Made by a program: the position numbers and the translations under genes. The notes beneath the pieces were generated by a model, which was given only the letters and a program-made list of their open reading frames with translations, had not been told where the DNA came from and searched no databases. Below are positions 11,201 through 23,725 of a DNA stretch of 64,000 bases, in pieces. Source of the stretch: Protoeuglena noctilucae (lineage: Eukaryota); NCBI GenBank assembly GCA_958009085.1, contig OY253674.1, positions 1,178,001 through 1,242,000 on the forward strand, given 5' to 3'. Positions within the stretch are counted from its first letter, which is position 1, and each line of letters starts with the position of its first letter.

Positions 11201-14200
11201 GCGGTGAGGATGGCTCCCTTTCGTGCTTCGGTGCAGCTTTCGTCTACACAAAGGCATTTCCTACATGTTCATGCCGAACATAAAGATACTATAGAGCATC
11301 TCTCTCCCCCACACAGGGTGGCTTCGCCAGTGGCTTCACGTCTTGGTGGGCCGACCTTCGCATGGACATGAACGCCACCGCAGCCTGCACTGTGTCGGGG
11401 TGCCGGGAGAACCCGAGCCTGGAGGTGAGGGGGGTGACGGTGATGGGATGTGGGGCTGGAGGGTGAGGTGGGGTGACCATGTGGGAGGTGAGGGGGGCGG
11501 CAGCGAGGGTGGCGTGACGATGCATCGCATGTACCCCACGCAGCCCCGGTCTGCCTCATCCCCTTGCTCCACTTAAGCTGGTACCACGCTGCCACATCGT
11601 TTAACCTCTCGCAAACCCTCGCTCTGTTACCCTCGCCCTGCCCCACCCGGTGCCTCCCCCACCCCCGCAGCGCAAGCGCCTGCTGCTCCTCCACGACCTC
11701 CGCGTCCGCCTGGACCCCGGCTATCACCTTTACGAGAAGTGCTGGTGCCAAAGTGGGGCCAAGCTGCGTGTCACGGTGCCAGAGGACACAACGCAGACGG
11801 TGGTCGCGGTGAGAATGGTGCTGCGAGGGGGGTGCTGTGAGGGGGGGGTGCATGGCATGGTTTCTTAACAGCAGGGCACACCCATATGCTGTTTGATACA
11901 TACTGCATCATGCAAGCAAACCCCCACGCTGCTTCACGCAGAGCTGCAAGAGCGAGCAGGGCAACCGGGCGTACGTGGCGGTGGCGGCGGTGCTGGCGTC
12001 AGTGCTGGGGGTGGCCCTGGCGGTGCTCATCGTGGTGTGGCGGTGGAGGGCGCAGGGGCAGAGCCTCAGGTGGGGGGAAGGGTGTTTGTCTCTCTCTGTA
12101 GGCCGTGTGGGTGTGCGTGGGGTGTGCGTGGGGTGGGTGTGGGTGTGGGTGGGTGTGGGTGCGAGGGGTGAGTGTGGGTGTGACCTGTGGGAGCTGCCAG
12201 TGCCTTTGCAGCCGTGCATGGCTATGAAGTGAGTAGCTAACTACTCCCATATCATCCCTCCCACCACCTCCCACCCCCCCAGGCTCCCCGACAGCATAAC
12301 TGTGAATTGCCAACCCCATAGCAACCCCCTTCATCTCCCTCATCCCCCAGGCTCCCCGACAAGGCCGCGACGGTGCTTGTCACCGACATGGAGGGTTCGA
12401 CGGAGCTGTGGGAGTGGAACGCGATGGCCATGGAGACGGCGCAGGCGGTGCACGACGCGGTCATGAGGCGGGTGCTGAGGAAACACCGGGGATTCGAACT
12501 CTTCACCGAGGGGGACTCCTTCTCGGTCGCATTCCACCAGGCGAGTGGGAGGGGGAGGTGGAATTTATGATATCTATGGTATCTATAGTGGTATCTATGG
12601 TGTCTATACTGTACTACCCAAGCGTCACGGCCAAGACCACCCATGCTGATAGCTGAATTGGATGGAAACGGCCTGTAGCGTAGTGACGCTATCAACCGCC
12701 CACGCCCAGCCACCCCCCTCCCGTCACATGCCAATGCCTCACCACCCACCCGCCATGACCACACCCACAACACCCATCACCACCCCCGCTCGCCCCCCCC
12801 AGACCATCGACGCCGTCCGCTGTGCCTGGGAGGTGCAAGCAGCTCTCTTGGCTGCCCCCTGGCCCCCCGAGCTCCTCAAGCACCCGGCCTGCGCCGAAGT
12901 CTACTCGTCAGCCGCGGCAGGGGGGCACGTGCTGTTCCGGTGAGCTGGGCTGTGCTTGCATGGATGGTTGTTAATATAGTAGTACTACAATTTGAATGGT
13001 AAGGAGAACCGCTGTATTCACACCCAACCCCCCACTGCTACCCCCACTACCACCCCCACTGCCACCCCCACTGCCACCCTCACTGCTACCCACACTGCTA
13101 TCCTCACTGCTACCCCCACCCCTTCCCCCCCAGTGGCATCCGCGTGCGCATGGGCATCGCGCGCGGCACCTTCTCCCGCACCAAACTGAACGGCAAGCTG
13201 TCGATGCCTGGCCCCCTGTGCTTCTCGGGCACCGCGCTGCCCCTGGCCACGGCCGTGCAGGCGATGGGTCATGGGGGGCAGATACTGGTGACGAGGGACT
13301 GCCACGAGGACGTGGTGGACAACCTCAGGGGTGAGTTATAGGGGATGGGAGTAGTGATGGAGTAATGAGGAATACTGGGATACTGTACAACATGAGGGGT
13401 GAGTGGGAGACTGGGAGGAGGTCATTGGTTAGTTAGAAGTAGTACCACACACGTACATGCACACTTAGTCATATCCACCATCTCACCCACATTCAACCCC
13501 CTCCCCCCCCTCACAAACCTCGACATCTTCTCCCGCACCCTCTCTCGCAACCACCCAAACGCACTCTCTCACTCTCTCTGCATCGCCCTCATCCACCCCC
13601 ACTTACCCCCACCCACCCCCAGACCTCGACGTCTTCTCCCGCACCCTCCTGGCCGAGCTGCCCCCGGAATTCAAATCCCCAGACCCTGCCACAGCCTCCC
13701 AGCCCAGCCGCACCGCCCACACCCCCGCGATACGCGATTCGGGTGTGAAGGACCTCTCGGTGGCGATCAGCGGGGATGGATCTGCCGCCATCGTCGCACA
13801 CCCGGCATCTGCCACTGTGCGCGGTGCAGAGCAGGCCGTGGGATTCCGGGACCCCACCTCCCGATCCGCGACCGCCGGGCAGCGGCCCTGGGCCGGCAAC
13901 CACCCCCTCCCGCCCCGGGCAGTGCCCTTGTCATCGCTTGCGGTGGCGGGGCCGGGCGGGACCACCCACCGCCGCCCGCCCCCGCCCATCCGCACCGGCA
14001 GTGGGACGTCGTTTGTCGATGTGAGCGACGCCGCTGCGCACGGCAGGCACCTGGCCACCACCCCCCGGGCCTCCTCCCTCTTTGGCCCGCCCGCCAGTGC
14101 TCACGACTCCGCTGCCCCCCGCACCCCGGGTGCCAGCAGCAGCCGGCTGGGATTAGAGGCCGCGAGTATGCTGCGGAGGGTGGCGTCGGGGGCTCTCGAG

Positions 14201-17200
14201 TCGCGATCGCGTACCCGCTCGCACTCGCACTCGCTCGCGCAGCCGCAAAGCTCTGGCTTCGCCCGGCCGACGAGGGCAGGGTCGGGGGTGGGGCTGCCTG
14301 AGCCGTCATTGCCGTCTGGGTCGGGCTTAGCAGGACATGGGGATCCTGGTGCGTCCGGGGTGGATGATAGCGGCGGTGCGCTGGCGGCAGTGGCGGAGGG
14401 GCAGGGGGCGGAGGAGTGGGCGGGGGCGGGGGTGTGCACCAACTCCAGCACCACCCCTGACCCCGGCTCGCTCACCGCCACGCTGAGCGGCACGCTGAAT
14501 TGGATCGGGCTGACGCTGGGGGTGCGCACGGGGTCCCGCACGCACTCGCGGGGCGCGAGTTCGAATTTCCGTGCGTCGGCGGACGCGCACCCAATCGACC
14601 ACGCGTGCTGCAGCAAGGTGGTGTATTTTGGGGAGCATGTGCTGGTGGCTGCTTTGGAGGACAGCGGGACGGCGACGGGGGGGGAGGGGGGGGCGGCGGG
14701 TGAGTTGGGGTGGCGGGTGGGGGGTGGGGTGTTGTGGGGTTGCATGTGGGGCGGTTGGGTGTGGTGAGGCGGCGGGTGAGTTGCTGGTGAGGGGGTGGGG
14801 CGAGATGCGCTGTGTGGGACTGGTGGGGTTGCGGGCGAGATGGTGAGGTGACATGTGGCGGGGAGTCTGGGACTGTCTTTGCCACAGGTAGCTGCGTTGG
14901 TAGCAGCGTTTGTAGCTGGCATTCGCCACATCCCTCCTTTTCACCCCACCCCGCAGGCGCCACCCCCGGCGCGGGCTCAGCGACCGCCGAGGCCGCCCTC
15001 ACCCGGCTGCTGCGTAGGGGCGGTCAGCGGGACGGCACGACGGTCACCTCCGTGTACCAAGTGCTCCCCCGGTGGCTGCTCACCCGCACCGCGCACTTCC
15101 CGCCCCTCTCCTCGACTATTCGGGTGTCGAATGGCTTCCCCCAGGCGCCTCTGGCCAAAGAGTACCTGCGGCAGTGGGCGGGGCTGGACCCTCCGCGGCC
15201 CATACGCGCACGCGTGACCATCTGCTTCGCGGGTGAGAGAGCGTGGGGTGGGACGGTATGGGACGATATGGAATGAGATTGGATGGGGTGGGGTGGGTGG
15301 GTCACCCTCGCATCTCTACCACCCTTGCACCTGCCCATCTCTCCATCCTCCCGCAGCCATCCACGGCTGAAAGACCGTCTCTCTCGCCACCCCTTACCTC
15401 AATATACCCTTGACCCCCCTCCCCCCCCCGCAGCCATCCATGGCTGGAAGACCGTGGCCGGCCGCTCCTCCGACCCCAACGTGCTGGTGTGGATGTTCAA
15501 CAGCACAGGCCGGTCGCTGCTGTCGCTGTTCGGGGGCACCGAGTGCCGGCAGAAGGACGAAGTCATGCTGCTGGCGTTTTACACTGAGAGGGGGGCCATC
15601 GAGTGGGCGCTCATGCTGGGCGAGATGCTGTCCTGCGTGGGGTGAGATGGGGAGCGTGTTGGTGTAATGGGGAGCATAGTGTATACTAGACACAGGCAAC
15701 AATTCCAAAGACGAGTGCATGGACCAGTCAATGTTGTCAAGCAATCACCACCACCTCCAATGCCCCACAGATGCCAATACACATGCACATGCGCATTTGT
15801 TACCCCCTCCCATCCCCACCCTCACCCACTCCATGACACCCCCATCTCCCCATCTCCCCAGGTGGCCCCCGGATCTCTACCGCGGCCCAGAGACGTTCGT
15901 CCGCGGCCCATTCGGGGCTTCCCACGCACTGAGGGCCAGGGTGGGAATCTACGCCGGTGTGCCGTCCGACCTCACTGTGCACCCCGTGTCAGGTGAGTTG
16001 ACATGTGGCGTGGATATCGAGAGTTGTTTGTATGGAGATCACGACTTGAGACAAATCGTTCTCTTACACCGCCTGTTACTCTGACAGCCCCCTTGTCCCC
16101 ATTTCATGTCGCGCCGAGTGGAGTATCCCATTCGTGCACTCACCCCCACTCCCTCTCCCCCCCAGGCCGCGCCGAGTACTTTGGCCCCGTGGTCAACCGC
16201 GCCGCCCGTCTCTGCCATGGCCTGGTGGCGCCTGGGGAGGTGCTGGTAGAAGAGACGGTGGCCAAGGCGGCGATGGCGGCGTGGGGGATGGGGGGGGTGG
16301 CGAGCGTGGGGGAGGGGAAGGGGAGCGGGGTGGCGGACTCGCGGTGAGGGGTGTGGGAGTGGGGTGGTGGCAGAGTGGGGTGGGAGTAGGGAAGGGTGGC
16401 AGTGGAGTGGGGTGGTAGCAGAGTGGGGTGGGGTGGTTGGTAGTGTGGTTGGTAGAGTGGGTTGGTAGTAGGGAAGGGTGGCAGTGGGGAGGGGTAGCAA
16501 TGGAGTTGGGTGGTTGGTAGATGGGCAGGGCAGAGAGGGCAGTTGTGACAGCATGGCATGGCAGCGTTTGCACCCACGCTCACCCCACTCTCAACCCCTG
16601 GTACTTTACTCTCACCCCCCCACACACATGCAGGCCCCGCACCCCCCAGCCCACATCTCTGTCCAGTGACCTCCGCCACGTGGCACTGCGGGCGGCCGCA
16701 ATCAAGTCCGGCCACTCCGCCACGTCCCCGCAAGCGTCCCCCGACGCGCGCGCCTCCTCCCTCGCCCACGCAAGCGCACCGCCCCTCCCCACTGACACCG
16801 CCCAAGCTGCCCCGCCATCACCCCATGTACCGCCCGCCTCATCACCGCCCCTCCCCAGCCCCACCGCTGCGCTTGACCTCACCCCCGCCCTCGCCGCGAC
16901 TGCCCCGCTGCCGCCCTCCCCGGGGGCCGGCGTGGCTCTTGCCCTCGACACCGCTGTGGACGAGAGCGGTGCGACGGGCGACGTCGCCTTCAGCCCCACC
17001 GCCGCTGCTGCTGAGCGGCGGGCGTGGTTTTCTGAGGATGTAGGTGGTGGTGGTAACGGTGGTGGTAATGCCAGCCCCACAGCGGCGAGGGCGGGCGGCG
17101 GGGTGCGCACATCGATGGCGGGGGGGCGGGGGGCGGCGGGCGGCAGCAACTGGCTCCGGCGCATCTCCCAGTCGCTACGCCCCAACCCCGCCTCGCCCCA

Positions 17201-18155
17201 TGCCCACGTGTCCCGTGCTTCCCGGGAGGGCCCCTCTGCCGGTGGCAGCTCTGCGCACCGTGACTCCCTGAGCCCCGCGGACGCTCACATCGCCTGGCTG
17301 GTGTCCATTCGTCGCATGCTGGCGAGGGGGGCGCAGGCGTGGCCCGAGCGACAGGTCCTGGTGAGGGGGTGGATGCAAGTGGGGGATGGGTGGGTAGTTG
17401 GGTCGTTGCTAAGTGATGGTGCGGCTATGATTGCAGTTGCTAATTGCTGGCGGACAAAACGACCAGGTCTCACCCCTGCCCACCACCACGACCGCCCCCA
17501 CCCCCACCCACCCCAATCCTCACCCCGCCCCCTACCCCCCCAGGTCCGTTTCATGGGCACCTTCATCCTCAAGGGCGTCCCCGAGCGACTGGGACTCGCC
17601 AGCCTGTGCCTAGTGCCCCAGGGTGCAAGCCCACAGGATTGCGACTGGCGACCCCCCGCCCCCGAAGGCTCCAAAGTGCGGTGCGTGAGCCCGCCGCAGC
17701 ACCCGGCCGTGCCGCCAGCCTCGGTGCGGCTGCCGCCCGTCGCGGAGTGCCGGGAGGAGGAAGGGACGGTGGATGTGGGCGACGCGCGCGTGTTTGGGCA
17801 GGCGGCTGATTACAGGCCGGAGGTGGGGGGCGGGGATAGGGCTGCAATCGGGCAGGGGAGCGCGAGGTCGTCTGGGAAGGAAGCCGGGGTGACAAGTGGT
17901 GGGGTGGCGGCAGCAGCGGTGGCAGCAGCGGGGGTGGCTGTTGCGGGGGCAAGGGAGCGGTCGGGGCTTCCAGGGAGGGCGGAGAGCCGCGGGGAGGACG
18001 CACCGGCGGGGTCGGGGGCGGTGTCCGCGATCGCACAGAGCGGCGGTGGGGATGGTGGCGGTGGGGGTGGCAGTGGGGGTGGCAGTGGGGGTGGGGGTGG
18101 CAGTGGCAGTGCCGATGTCCGCGATGCCGCCGAGGTCGACTGCGAAGTGAATTGA
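8222..18155 (+). CDS. Single-pass receptor: signal peptide, extracellular LRRs, TM helix, two class III adenylate/guanylate cyclase domains; multi-exon
   Basis: MKRTACVVVALAAVTAAG; plant-type LRRs (VDLSNNDITG, LDLSFNSLTG, VKLSGNALTGPLP); TM VAVAAVLASVLGVALAVLIVVW at ~11975-12040; VTDMEGSTELW..FTEGDSF..RVRMGI..GGQILV; second domain LRARVGIYAG..EYFGPVVNRAARL..FILKGV. Confidence 0.85.
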
Positions 18156-18908
18156 TACACGTCCTCATCCACACCATGGATGTTGATGCCATGGCAAGTC
18201 ACAGTTAAGAAATGAGACACGGCCGGGGAGGCACGCCCCAGCGGTAAGCAAACGACTCCTTTCCTTCAACGAACGTGCTTCGGCAACAATACCAAACGTG
18301 CTGTTGTGGCGGCCCTGGCGAGGTCTCGTGTTTCCCAGCGCGGCCGCCCCCGCTGCCTGACTGTGCCAGACTGTGTGCCAGACTCTGTATGTGATGTTTC
18401 AAACGCAGCTTCCCCTTGCCGCCACCCTCATTTCTCGTCTGTTCCCGCGACCCTTGCCGCCCGCCAGCGCAGCTCGGCCGTCCAGCAAGGCCCCGTGCTG
18501 CATTGCGTTTCACTTGGCCCGTTGCGCAATCACGTCCCTGCCTGCTCGCCGCCCACCGCCACCGCCTAGCCCTGACTCGAGCACTCAAGCTGGGGCCAAG
18601 AGTTAACGGCAACGAATCGACTGTCAGGAGCCATGAGTTGCTTGGTGGGGCCGAGGTTTGCATACATAGACTGTGCAGACCATGCCTCGCTGTGCCCGCC
18701 CCACCGCTCGCATGCAGCTGCGTTGCGCCCGTGCATGCGTGTGCTCTGTGCCGGTGCGTTTTTCCACGCGAGAAACGCCGATAATACACGCACAGGGATA
18801 TGCATGCGTGCTATGTACACATGCGCCACGCATCGCATCGCAGCCCTCCCGTGCCACCGTCCGCACCCCCGCGCGCTTTTTGAATCCTTCAAAAAGCAAC
18901 AGCTCCAT

Positions 18909-21352
18909 TCAATCGCGGTTCGCGACACTCTGCATCTCCGTCACGCGCGTCTCTCCCGCGAACCCCGAATGCCACACAGAGGCACCTGCTTGGGAAGGAC
19001 CCTTGTTGCCAGAAACGCCCGGGGGCGGCCGGGGGATGTTGCTCGCCCTCACGCGCAGCGGCAAGCCGCCGGCGCCCGGCAGCGGCGACGGCGGGGCCCT
19101 CGGGGCATTGCCGGGGTCGACGGGGGGGATGCTGGCCCGCTCTGGGGTGGCGATGGGTGGAATGACCGAGTCATTGACATCGTGGTGGTCGTGGCAGTGG
19201 TCGTGGTCAGCCAGGGGGTTGATGGCTGCGAGTGAGGAGAGGGTGAGAGTGGGTGGAAACGTAAGAGTACAAGTGAGGGAGCATGCATCCTCTCGTGTTA
19301 CGCCCTGTGCCTTGAACAATACACTGCATACCCTTCTGCTCTGCACCTGGCCACCACCACCTCTCTCACCCATGACGCTCCACGACTCGCCCCACGCCCC
19401 GGCCGGCCAGCAGTCCCTGTCCTCTGACCCCGAAACTCGCACAGTGAGGTCGGGCACAGCGTGGGGACGTGCACCCGACAGTCCCTCATCTGCTGCTGCA
19501 GGCACTCCGCCCAATGCACGACCCCCGGGGGCAGTGGGCGCGGGACTGCTGAGGTGGCTACAGCCATCGCCGTCGCCAGGTGCAGGCCGGGCAGCGGTGC
19601 TGCGCTCACGGACCGGAGTGGGTGCGGCCCAGGCCGGGCGGGACGGGGCGTGGCAGCGCGGCGAAGGAGCGCCAGCGTTGAGCGAAGCGACCGGTCCACG
19701 ACTGGCGGCCTTCTCTGCAGATCCGGGCTGGCTTCGCGGACCCCGGAGACCCGGCCCCGCCTCCGCTAGCCGCGCCGCCACCGCCGCCACCACCTCGGCC
19801 TGCACCGCCGGCCACAGGTGCCCCGCGAAGCACTCGAGCGCCACACGACTGCGGAGAGAAGCAGTGACAGCATGACAGGGCGAATGGGAAGAAGCTATGG
19901 TGCCCATAAAACGCCATGTCGCGCCGACGCGCCGACCAACGAGCGGCAAGCGCCCTGGCCAGGCTTGGAGCCTCGCACAGCTGCACGCCCACGGCACTCA
20001 TGCCACCCCAGGTCCATCCCAGAATCAGCCACGCACCGCATGGCCACGTTGCGAGCCACCGCCTCGCGCTTGCGCCGCTGTTCCCCTGCCGCCATCGCCC
20101 ACGCGTCGAATGCCCCGCGCAAGAGGCCCAGCCGGCGCCGCATCTGCGAGGGCAGAGGAGGACGAGCCACCCAACATGGATGCATGGTGACACAGCAGCG
20201 GGAGGTTTCAGCTGTAGCAGCGCTGTCACAGCCTCGGAACCCTTTGGATTGCTTCGCTGATGGAACAGCAACAGCCACCAGGACACCTCGCAGACTCCAC
20301 ACAGGTGGTCGCAGGGACACGAAGCGACGCCCCTCCTGCTCTCACCGCGACCGTGCGCACCCTGTGCCGCACGCACGCCCTCCACCGGGCAGCCTCCCGC
20401 CACGCCTGGAAGGCGCCCCTCGCGATGCGGCCATAGTGGCTCTGCAGCATGGAATCCAGCAGCAGCTGCACGCGCCTCTGACGGCCGATCTCCCCACGCC
20501 AGGCGTCGAACGCCGCTCGCAGCTGCGGGTAGCATAGCCGGCAGGGATGCGAGCGTGGACCTCGCACGGCCCATCGAGGAACGTTCAGAGAGTAAAAAAA
20601 TGCTCTACTTAGCAGTCACTCCCCCTGGGTGCAGCACCCAGCCCACCTGTGGGACGGTCTCCCTCCCGCACCCACGCCGCCCCAGCGCCTCCGCCACCCT
20701 CCGGCGCGTCCCCAGGTCGTCCGCCAGTCCCCGCCATCCCGACAGCGCGCGGCGCAGAGTCCGGGCCCGCGCGCGCAATGCGAACTGCGCCACCAGCGCC
20801 CGCTCCGCAGCCCTCGCCCGGCAAAGGTCCCGCCACTCCAGCAGCGTCCCCTCTACCCGCAGCCGCTGCCGAAGTCCGCCGAGCGTCTCGGCGATCCCCC
20901 GCGCCTCCCGCAACCGCGCTGCCCGCGCCCGCCACGCCGCCAGAACGGAAGCCTTGACGTCCATGCACTCGCACCGCCGCAGATGCGCACCGAAGGCGGC
21001 CAGGCACCGCCAAGCCCGGAAGACCTGCGCCCTCGCGCGCTCCATACGCCACACAGTGAAATGCGCGGCCTTTATGGCGCCCAGGACCTCTGCCACGGCA
21101 TCCCAGGAGGGCGAAGTGAGGGGCGGGGCCTGGTCTGAGCTGCTGCCGGCCGTGCCATCCCCCGCCGCAGCAGCAACGGCCGCGGTGAGACATACATTTT
21201 CGATCTCGCCCAGGGACACGCGCGGCGACGTCTTCCCTGCGTCGGGGCAGGGACGTATATTGCTGACATCGGGCTAGTCGGCCAGCGTGGGCGCGAAAGC
21301 GTGCACTCCAGCGCACCTATGTCGCGTTCCCTGAAACAATTATCGACTGACA
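18909..21352 (-). CDS. Sfi1-repeat-like (centrin-binding) protein; ends uncertain
   Basis: Periodic A-x-x-x-W repeats (VFRAWR, VLAAWR, TLLEWR, ALSGWR, AFDAWR, AFQAWR) across ORFs 20605-21219, 20226-20567 and 19895-20320. Confidence 0.5.
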
Positions 21353-21701
21353 TCGCATTCGCAGGTAATCCGCCGCTGCCCGGCGCTCCCCGCGGGCGCT
21401 GCCCAACAACGTCTGTCACGGAGAGCGCTTTGAAATGCTGCCTCCCGGAGTGTCGGCGGCAATGACGCGGACTTTGGCGGAAGGTCAAGGCGCGCGTTCC
21501 CCCCGCTCAAGTCACCCACGCCAGCTCCCCCGGCGAGAAAAGCCGATGGTTGCCAGGTTTGCCCGCGCGTCAGGATCCAAGCCGCCGGGACACCAGTGTC
21601 CGTCCTGACCGCACTCATCGCACAACGGCAAACAGTCGAAACCACGCACATCCGCGCTACCCTCGCACGGCTCTTCAATCCGAAGCCCTAAGCTGAACGC
21701 T

Positions 21702-22837
21702 TCACTGCAGGTGCATCTTGCCCAGCTTCTGCCCCGTCTTCTCCGCAGGCAAGCCGCGGTTGAAGCCGCCCTTGCGGTTCATGTACTGCCGGATGGTCCT
21801 CGTGCTCTTGATCTTGACCGCGCCGGCGTCCTCGTGCTCCTGCCCCTTGCTCGTCCCGAACTCGGCCACCAGCCCCATCGCACGCATCATCTCCATTTCC
21901 GCAGCAGCCGCCGGGTCTATCATCGCCGCCGGCTCTTCGTCCTGCGCGCAAAACACATTCACGCATCACTGCCAACACTGGTCACAGGCCTAGCAGGTGG
22001 GAAGGGGAACCAACCAAGCGCGCTGACATCCTTACATAATGTACAACATATCAGAAAATCCCGCACGGCCCCGCTCGCGCTCACCTCGGGCGGCGGGGGC
22101 GGTGGCGGTGGTGGCACATCGTCGTCATCGTCGTCGTCCTCTGGGTCATACTGCGCCCCGTAAACGGCACCATACTGCGCCCCAAGCTCCACTCCCGACG
22201 CCGCTGGGGCATCGCCGTTCGCGTCCCCGCCGTTCATGCCCCCCACATGCCCAGCCCCCTCGTGTGCCGGCGTGGCCCCATGCTGCGGTGGCCCCGGCAG
22301 GGTCCCTGGCGCCCCGCCCGCGCGCGAACGCTCCGTCCTGCAAACAGAGCGCGGCGCGAGCTCAGTGGCGGCCACCTGCATGCAGGCCTCGCCCCTTCCC
22401 ACCCCGCACTGTGCCCCGCCTCACCCGTGCATCTCCGCCGCCACCTCCCTCAGAAAGTCGTCTGCGGCATTGCCCTCCCCGCGCCCTTGCGTCAGCCCGC
22501 TGCGTCCGCGTTCGTGACCCCTGGACTCGCGGCCCCTGTCCTCTCTGCGCCGCGAACGAGCATAAGAATGATCATGCGACGTCCGATGCCATCAAACATG
22601 GAGCCCTGACGTCGCAGCAGCCCCGTCCAGCGCGAAGTCTTTGCCAAAGGCTCACCTCGCGTTGTCGTGGGGCCGACCGCGTGGCGCCGCGCGCGAGAAC
22701 TCGGCCATCTTGCTCACGTCCCGCCCAAACTGATCCAGCACGGGCTCCCGGCCGCGGTGGCGGTCCGGGGAACGCGACCGCGCACGCCGGTACCCATCCC
22801 GCGCAGGGGACGCCCCGCGATGCCCGTCGCGCGCCAT
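21702..22837 (-). CDS. SNRNP27: U4/U6.U5 tri-snRNP 27 kDa protein (DUF1777)
   Basis: RS-rich N-terminus (RRARSRSPDR); C-terminal EMEMMRAMGL..FGTSKG..RQYMNRKGGFNR. Confidence 0.9.
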
Positions 22838-22936
22838 GGCAGCGCCCCGGACCCGCCCCTCGGTCTGCCGAGCGTGCGTGCCGCCAGCGCCCTCGCGTGG
22901 GCCCCGCTTGTAGAGATAGTGCCTCGGAGGAGTCGC

Positions 22937-23333
22937 TCAACGATCGTTGACTTGCTGGTTGGCGCCCGCGAGGACCCCGGCGAGCTTCCCGGTGCGCTGG
23001 AGGTGCTGGATCTGCTTCTGCTGCACGCGGGCCATGCGCGCCTCCGCGTCCCGCTGCAGGTCGAAGTGCTTCACCCACGCCGGCCGGCAATGAGAGAGAA
23101 ACGCCTCCCGAAGCTCGCGGCAGGCGGCGGGGACTTCCTCCTGCGGGAGAGGGGCCAGACACCGTCGTCCCCACTGCTTCGTGGGTTTGTGTCGAGGGGC
23201 GGTTGCAATTCCGCACCTCCTTCGTCCAGCCGGGGCGCAACTTGTCGATGCACGCGTAGAAGGCGTCACGGTGGCCGTAACACGTCTCCCTACCCTCGCG
23301 GTGCACGCTGCTCGCGTCGGCGGGCGCAGGCAT
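22937..23333 (-). CDS. COA6: Cytochrome c oxidase assembly factor 6 (COX6B family), 2 exons
   Basis: RETCYGHRDAFYACID..CRELREAFLSHCRPAWVKHF (CX9C-CX10C-like with WVKHF). Confidence 0.8.
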
Positions 23334-23725
23334 AGTACGGCGCGCTCGCCGTCCGATCTCGCGCGACGGGCGGCATTCCCTGGTAAAAATCCCCCTGTCT
23401 GGAGGAAGCGGGGCCGCGTTCGGCCGAGTTGCTCCAGTCAGACTAGGGCATCATTTGCCCGAACGGCGTTAGCCGACCCACAGCCCATGCGTCCCGAGGC
23501 GACGCCGTGGCCCGCCATCTACGAATGAGGTCCGTTCATGCGCGAAAACGGTTTTGAGTCTGGCCTCTTGCAAGAGAGAAGCCCTCCCTTTGCTTCGCCA
23601 CACAAGCTCCCGCTCTCCCCGCTCGTTCCTGTCCGATTTCCCTTTACTTTACGTCGGCGAAAGTGTCGTCGCTTGCTCGCGCGGCCGAGGACCCGTTGGG
23701 AGTGCTCGCCCATCGCCGCGTCGAA

